From Candidatus Staskawiczbacteria bacterium RIFOXYC1_FULL_38_18 (GTDB taxonomy: Bacteria; Patescibacteriota; Minisyncoccia; Minisyncoccales; Staskawiczbacteraceae), in the NCBI GenBank assembly GCA_001822095.1, contig MHPP01000014.1:1662-65661 (forward strand): DNA of 64,000 bases, in the 5' to 3' direction. Within the stretch, counting starts at the first letter, position 1; every line of letters begins with the position of its first letter. The position numbers and the translations under genes are program-made. This document shows, one piece after another, positions 62,079 to 64,000 of this stretch. The notes under the pieces are model-generated. The model worked only from the letters and a program-made list of their open reading frames with translations, had not been told where the DNA came from and did no database searches.

Positions 62079-63992
62079 TTATTTTTGATAGGCCTTAACT
62101 AATAATTTAAATTGGTCGCCTTTTTCCTCAAAGTTTTTCCAAAGCGAATAGCTTGGCGAGGCGCTCGACAGAAGGCATATTTTTCCGGGCTCAGTATTTT
62201 TATAGGCAAAAATTACCGCTTCCTCCATACTTCTTGTTTTTAGGATATTCAGCCCGGCCAGACGGATTTTATCTCCGCTTTCGGGAAAAAGAGCTACATT
62301 TCTTATTTTATATTTTTTTATCGCTTTTTCCAATCCCGAAAAATTATATCCGCGGTTCTCCCCGCCCAAAAAAATCGTGTCCACCTCCTTTAGCGATTTT
62401 ATTGCCATTATGGTTGATTCGGGAGTTGTGGAAATTGCATCGTCATAAAACCTTATGTTTTTATGTTTGCCGACAAATTCCAGCCTGTGTGGCAGAGGTT
62501 TAAATGTTTTAATTCCCCGCCTTATTTTTGCGTCTGCAATTGCAAATTCCTTTACAGCGGACACAGCAGCTCTAATATTTTCCCTGTTATGAGGCCCAAT
62601 CAACGGCAAATCTATTTCATTAAGAAAGGCATCCTGCGCAAACGGAACAGCTTTTCCCCTGACCTCGCTTAGCCAGCTTAACGCTTTTTTATCCTTTTGA
62701 TTAAAAATAAACACGTCTTCCTTTTCCTGGTGCATTATTATATTTTTTTTGGCGTTATAGTAATTTTTAACGGTGTAGTGGTAGTCCATGTGCTCGGGAA
62801 AAAGGCTGGTTAAAACCGCAATATCCGGCGAATATTTAATATCGTCTAGTTGGTAGCTTGAAAGCTCCAGAACAAAAATTGTATTTTTTTTAATTTTACC
62901 CAAGAGCGCGCTAAGCATGGGCGTGCCAATATTTCCCAAAAGTTGCGCGGTTTTCCCTGATTTTTTAAGAATGTGATAAATTAGGGAAGCTGTTGTTGAT
63001 TTACCTTTTGTTCCGGTGACTCCGATTATTTTTACACCCGGTATTTGCTTTGCATATGAAAAAAATATATTTGTTGCCGTAGTATAGGGAATCTTTATGT
63101 ATTTTTTATACACTCCCGGAGACTTAATGGCTATATCGTAATTTTTTTGCTTTGCCAAATAATCAGGGCCGTCTTTTGCATCAGATGTTGCTATTTTCAG
63201 CGCGCTAAATTTCTTCTCTAAATATTCCTTTGTGGCCTTGCCCTCAATTCCATAACCTAATATTAGGGCGTTTCTCATTCCTAAAAATTTTAGATAGTCG
63301 GGCACTAATGACGGCTGGGTTTTAAAAACCTTATCCACCAGTTCCTGCGGCTTTCTCTTGTCTTGAAAATAGATTTTAAGGGGGAGTTTTTTTTCATTAA
63401 AAAAATACCTGTTATCCTCGGGATCTATTTTTGGCAAAAACACCTCTCCGGCCAAGTCGTCCCTGAATAATGCCCTAGACATATAAAAGGCCGCCCGCGA
63501 CTCTTCGTAGGTTCCAACACAGTCAAACGGCTTTACTCTGCCAAATCCCAAAATATCCCTGAATGTAGCAAGCAACCCCGTGTTCTCCATAAGATTTTTT
63601 CCAAAAATTTTAATCAGTGTTTCTTTCGGCACAAATGGCAAAAGTATCAAAAAAACAAAAGCGCATTTTGGGCATTGCCCGCACCATAGTTTGCCGTTTG
63701 TTGCGCCACCTATTTTAAAATTATTGTTACAGCTGGAAAAAACATCAAAATATTTTTTATGCTCTGAGAACAATTCAGCAATCCTTATTTCGTAAAACGG
63801 CCTAAGCAAAGAAAAATAAAATAAATCGGGGCTGATAAAACGCCTTACATAACTTTGAAACAACTTTTCAAATTCAGAGGATTTAGACCATTGGTGGTTG
63901 ATTGTTGCCCCTTTATATTTTACATTCCCAAAATTACTGCTATATTCATTGGACACAACAAAAAAAGAATAATTATAAAACAGAGCAGACAA
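62079..63992 (-). CDS. murD: UDP-N-acetylmuramoylalanine--D-glutamate ligase (MurD) with an unusual ~240-aa N-terminal extension; may continue beyond the window edge
   Basis: A MurD core starts near MRNALILGYGIEG with a P-loop GVTGTKGKSTTASL and Mur ligase middle and C-terminal domains. The upstream in-frame 240 aa carry CGQCPKC and no stop separates them. The reading frame is still open at the window end. Confidence 0.7.
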   Translation of the reverse strand: MSALFYNYSFFVVSNEYSSNFGNVKYKGATINHQWSKSSEFEKLFQSYVRRFISPDLFYFSLLRPFYEIRIAELFSEHKKYFDVFSSCNNNFKIGGATNGKLWCGQCPKCAFVFLILLPFVPKETLIKIFGKNLMENTGLLATFRDILGFGRVKPFDCVGTYEESRAAFYMSRALFRDDLAGEVFLPKIDPEDNRYFFNEKKLPLKIYFQDKRKPQELVDKVFKTQPSLVPDYLKFLGMRNALILGYGIEGKATKEYLEKKFSALKIATSDAKDGPDYLAKQKNYDIAIKSPGVYKKYIKIPYTTATNIFFSYAKQIPGVKIIGVTGTKGKSTTASLIYHILKKSGKTAQLLGNIGTPMLSALLGKIKKNTIFVLELSSYQLDDIKYSPDIAVLTSLFPEHMDYHYTVKNYYNAKKNIIMHQEKEDVFIFNQKDKKALSWLSEVRGKAVPFAQDAFLNEIDLPLIGPHNRENIRAAVSAVKEFAIADAKIRRGIKTFKPLPHRLEFVGKHKNIRFYDDAISTTPESTIMAIKSLKEVDTIFLGGENRGYNFSGLEKAIKKYKIRNVALFPESGDKIRLAGLNILKTRSMEEAVIFAYKNTEPGKICLLSSASPSYSLWKNFEEKGDQFKLLVKAYQK

Positions 63993-64000
63993 AATACCCA

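Noticed and set aside
1-64000. CRISPR arrays, rRNA genes, additional tRNAs, group I/II introns
   Set aside because: No regularly spaced direct repeats with unique spacers were seen. The FG-GAP tandem repeats are coding and lack spacers. No rRNA-like conserved blocks were seen. Only one tRNA-like cloverleaf could be folded by eye; a tRNAscan run may find others.

Overview
The window is AT-rich and gene-dense. The gene content (FemAB, sortase, SWIB, many small secreted or membrane proteins, a compact dcw cluster) resembles a small-genome, low-GC bacterium, possibly of the Patescibacteria/CPR type; this is an inference from content only.

Housekeeping genes:
- murF 3' end, a DegT aminotransferase, FemAB and ftsQ at the left edge.
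- recR, dnaB, cysS, dnaX, tRNA-Gln, rplI, pyrG, rpmA, uppS and gltX across the middle.
- The murD-ftsW-murG block on the minus strand at the right edge.

Accessory material that stands out:
1. Two visibly GC-rich, foreign-looking genes at about 9.5-11.9 kb: an 85-aa Cys-rich protein and a 301-aa Ala/Glu-rich protein. Each is driven by its own copy of the same 14-bp-extended sigma70-like promoter and ends in a strong terminator. They flank an ArsR-SMR operon.
2. A large copper/heavy-metal island at 18.3-27.1 kb: CsoR with a palindromic operator in its promoter, a His-rich membrane protein, a DsrE-like protein, a CDF transporter, an HMA-DsbD_2-cupredoxin fusion, a cupredoxin, a tandem-HMA thioredoxin-like protein, CopA and CopZ.
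3. A prophage-like integrative element ending at about 46.8 kb with a small and a large serine recombinase. It carries a ParB-N::DNA-methyltransferase, an HTH Rep-like protein, a superinfection-immunity protein, a HEPN (Rx4H) Abi-like protein, an NlpC/P60 hydrolase and moderately GC-rich small ORFs. It may extend left to about 31.4 kb, which would include a DNPH1-Maf-DNPH1-HD nucleotide-sanitising cluster and a STAS-GHKL plus DUF4325-like plus membrane-protein three-gene module.
4. A second mosaic region at 50-57 kb: a LAGLIDADG-like gene, a GC-rich ABC exporter, a 644-aa PIN-like protein, a GC-rich ParB-like protein and a tyrosine recombinase.

Several short repeats recur across the window. 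An 11-13-bp inverted-repeat motif TTGTGCGACAA occurs 7 times. A 24-bp GC-rich element is inserted in-frame into both murF and ftsQ. A 34-bp AT palindrome occurs after femAB and again after the serine integrase. No CRISPR array or rRNA was seen. Coordinates of short sites are hand-counted from the printed sequence and may be off by a base or two.
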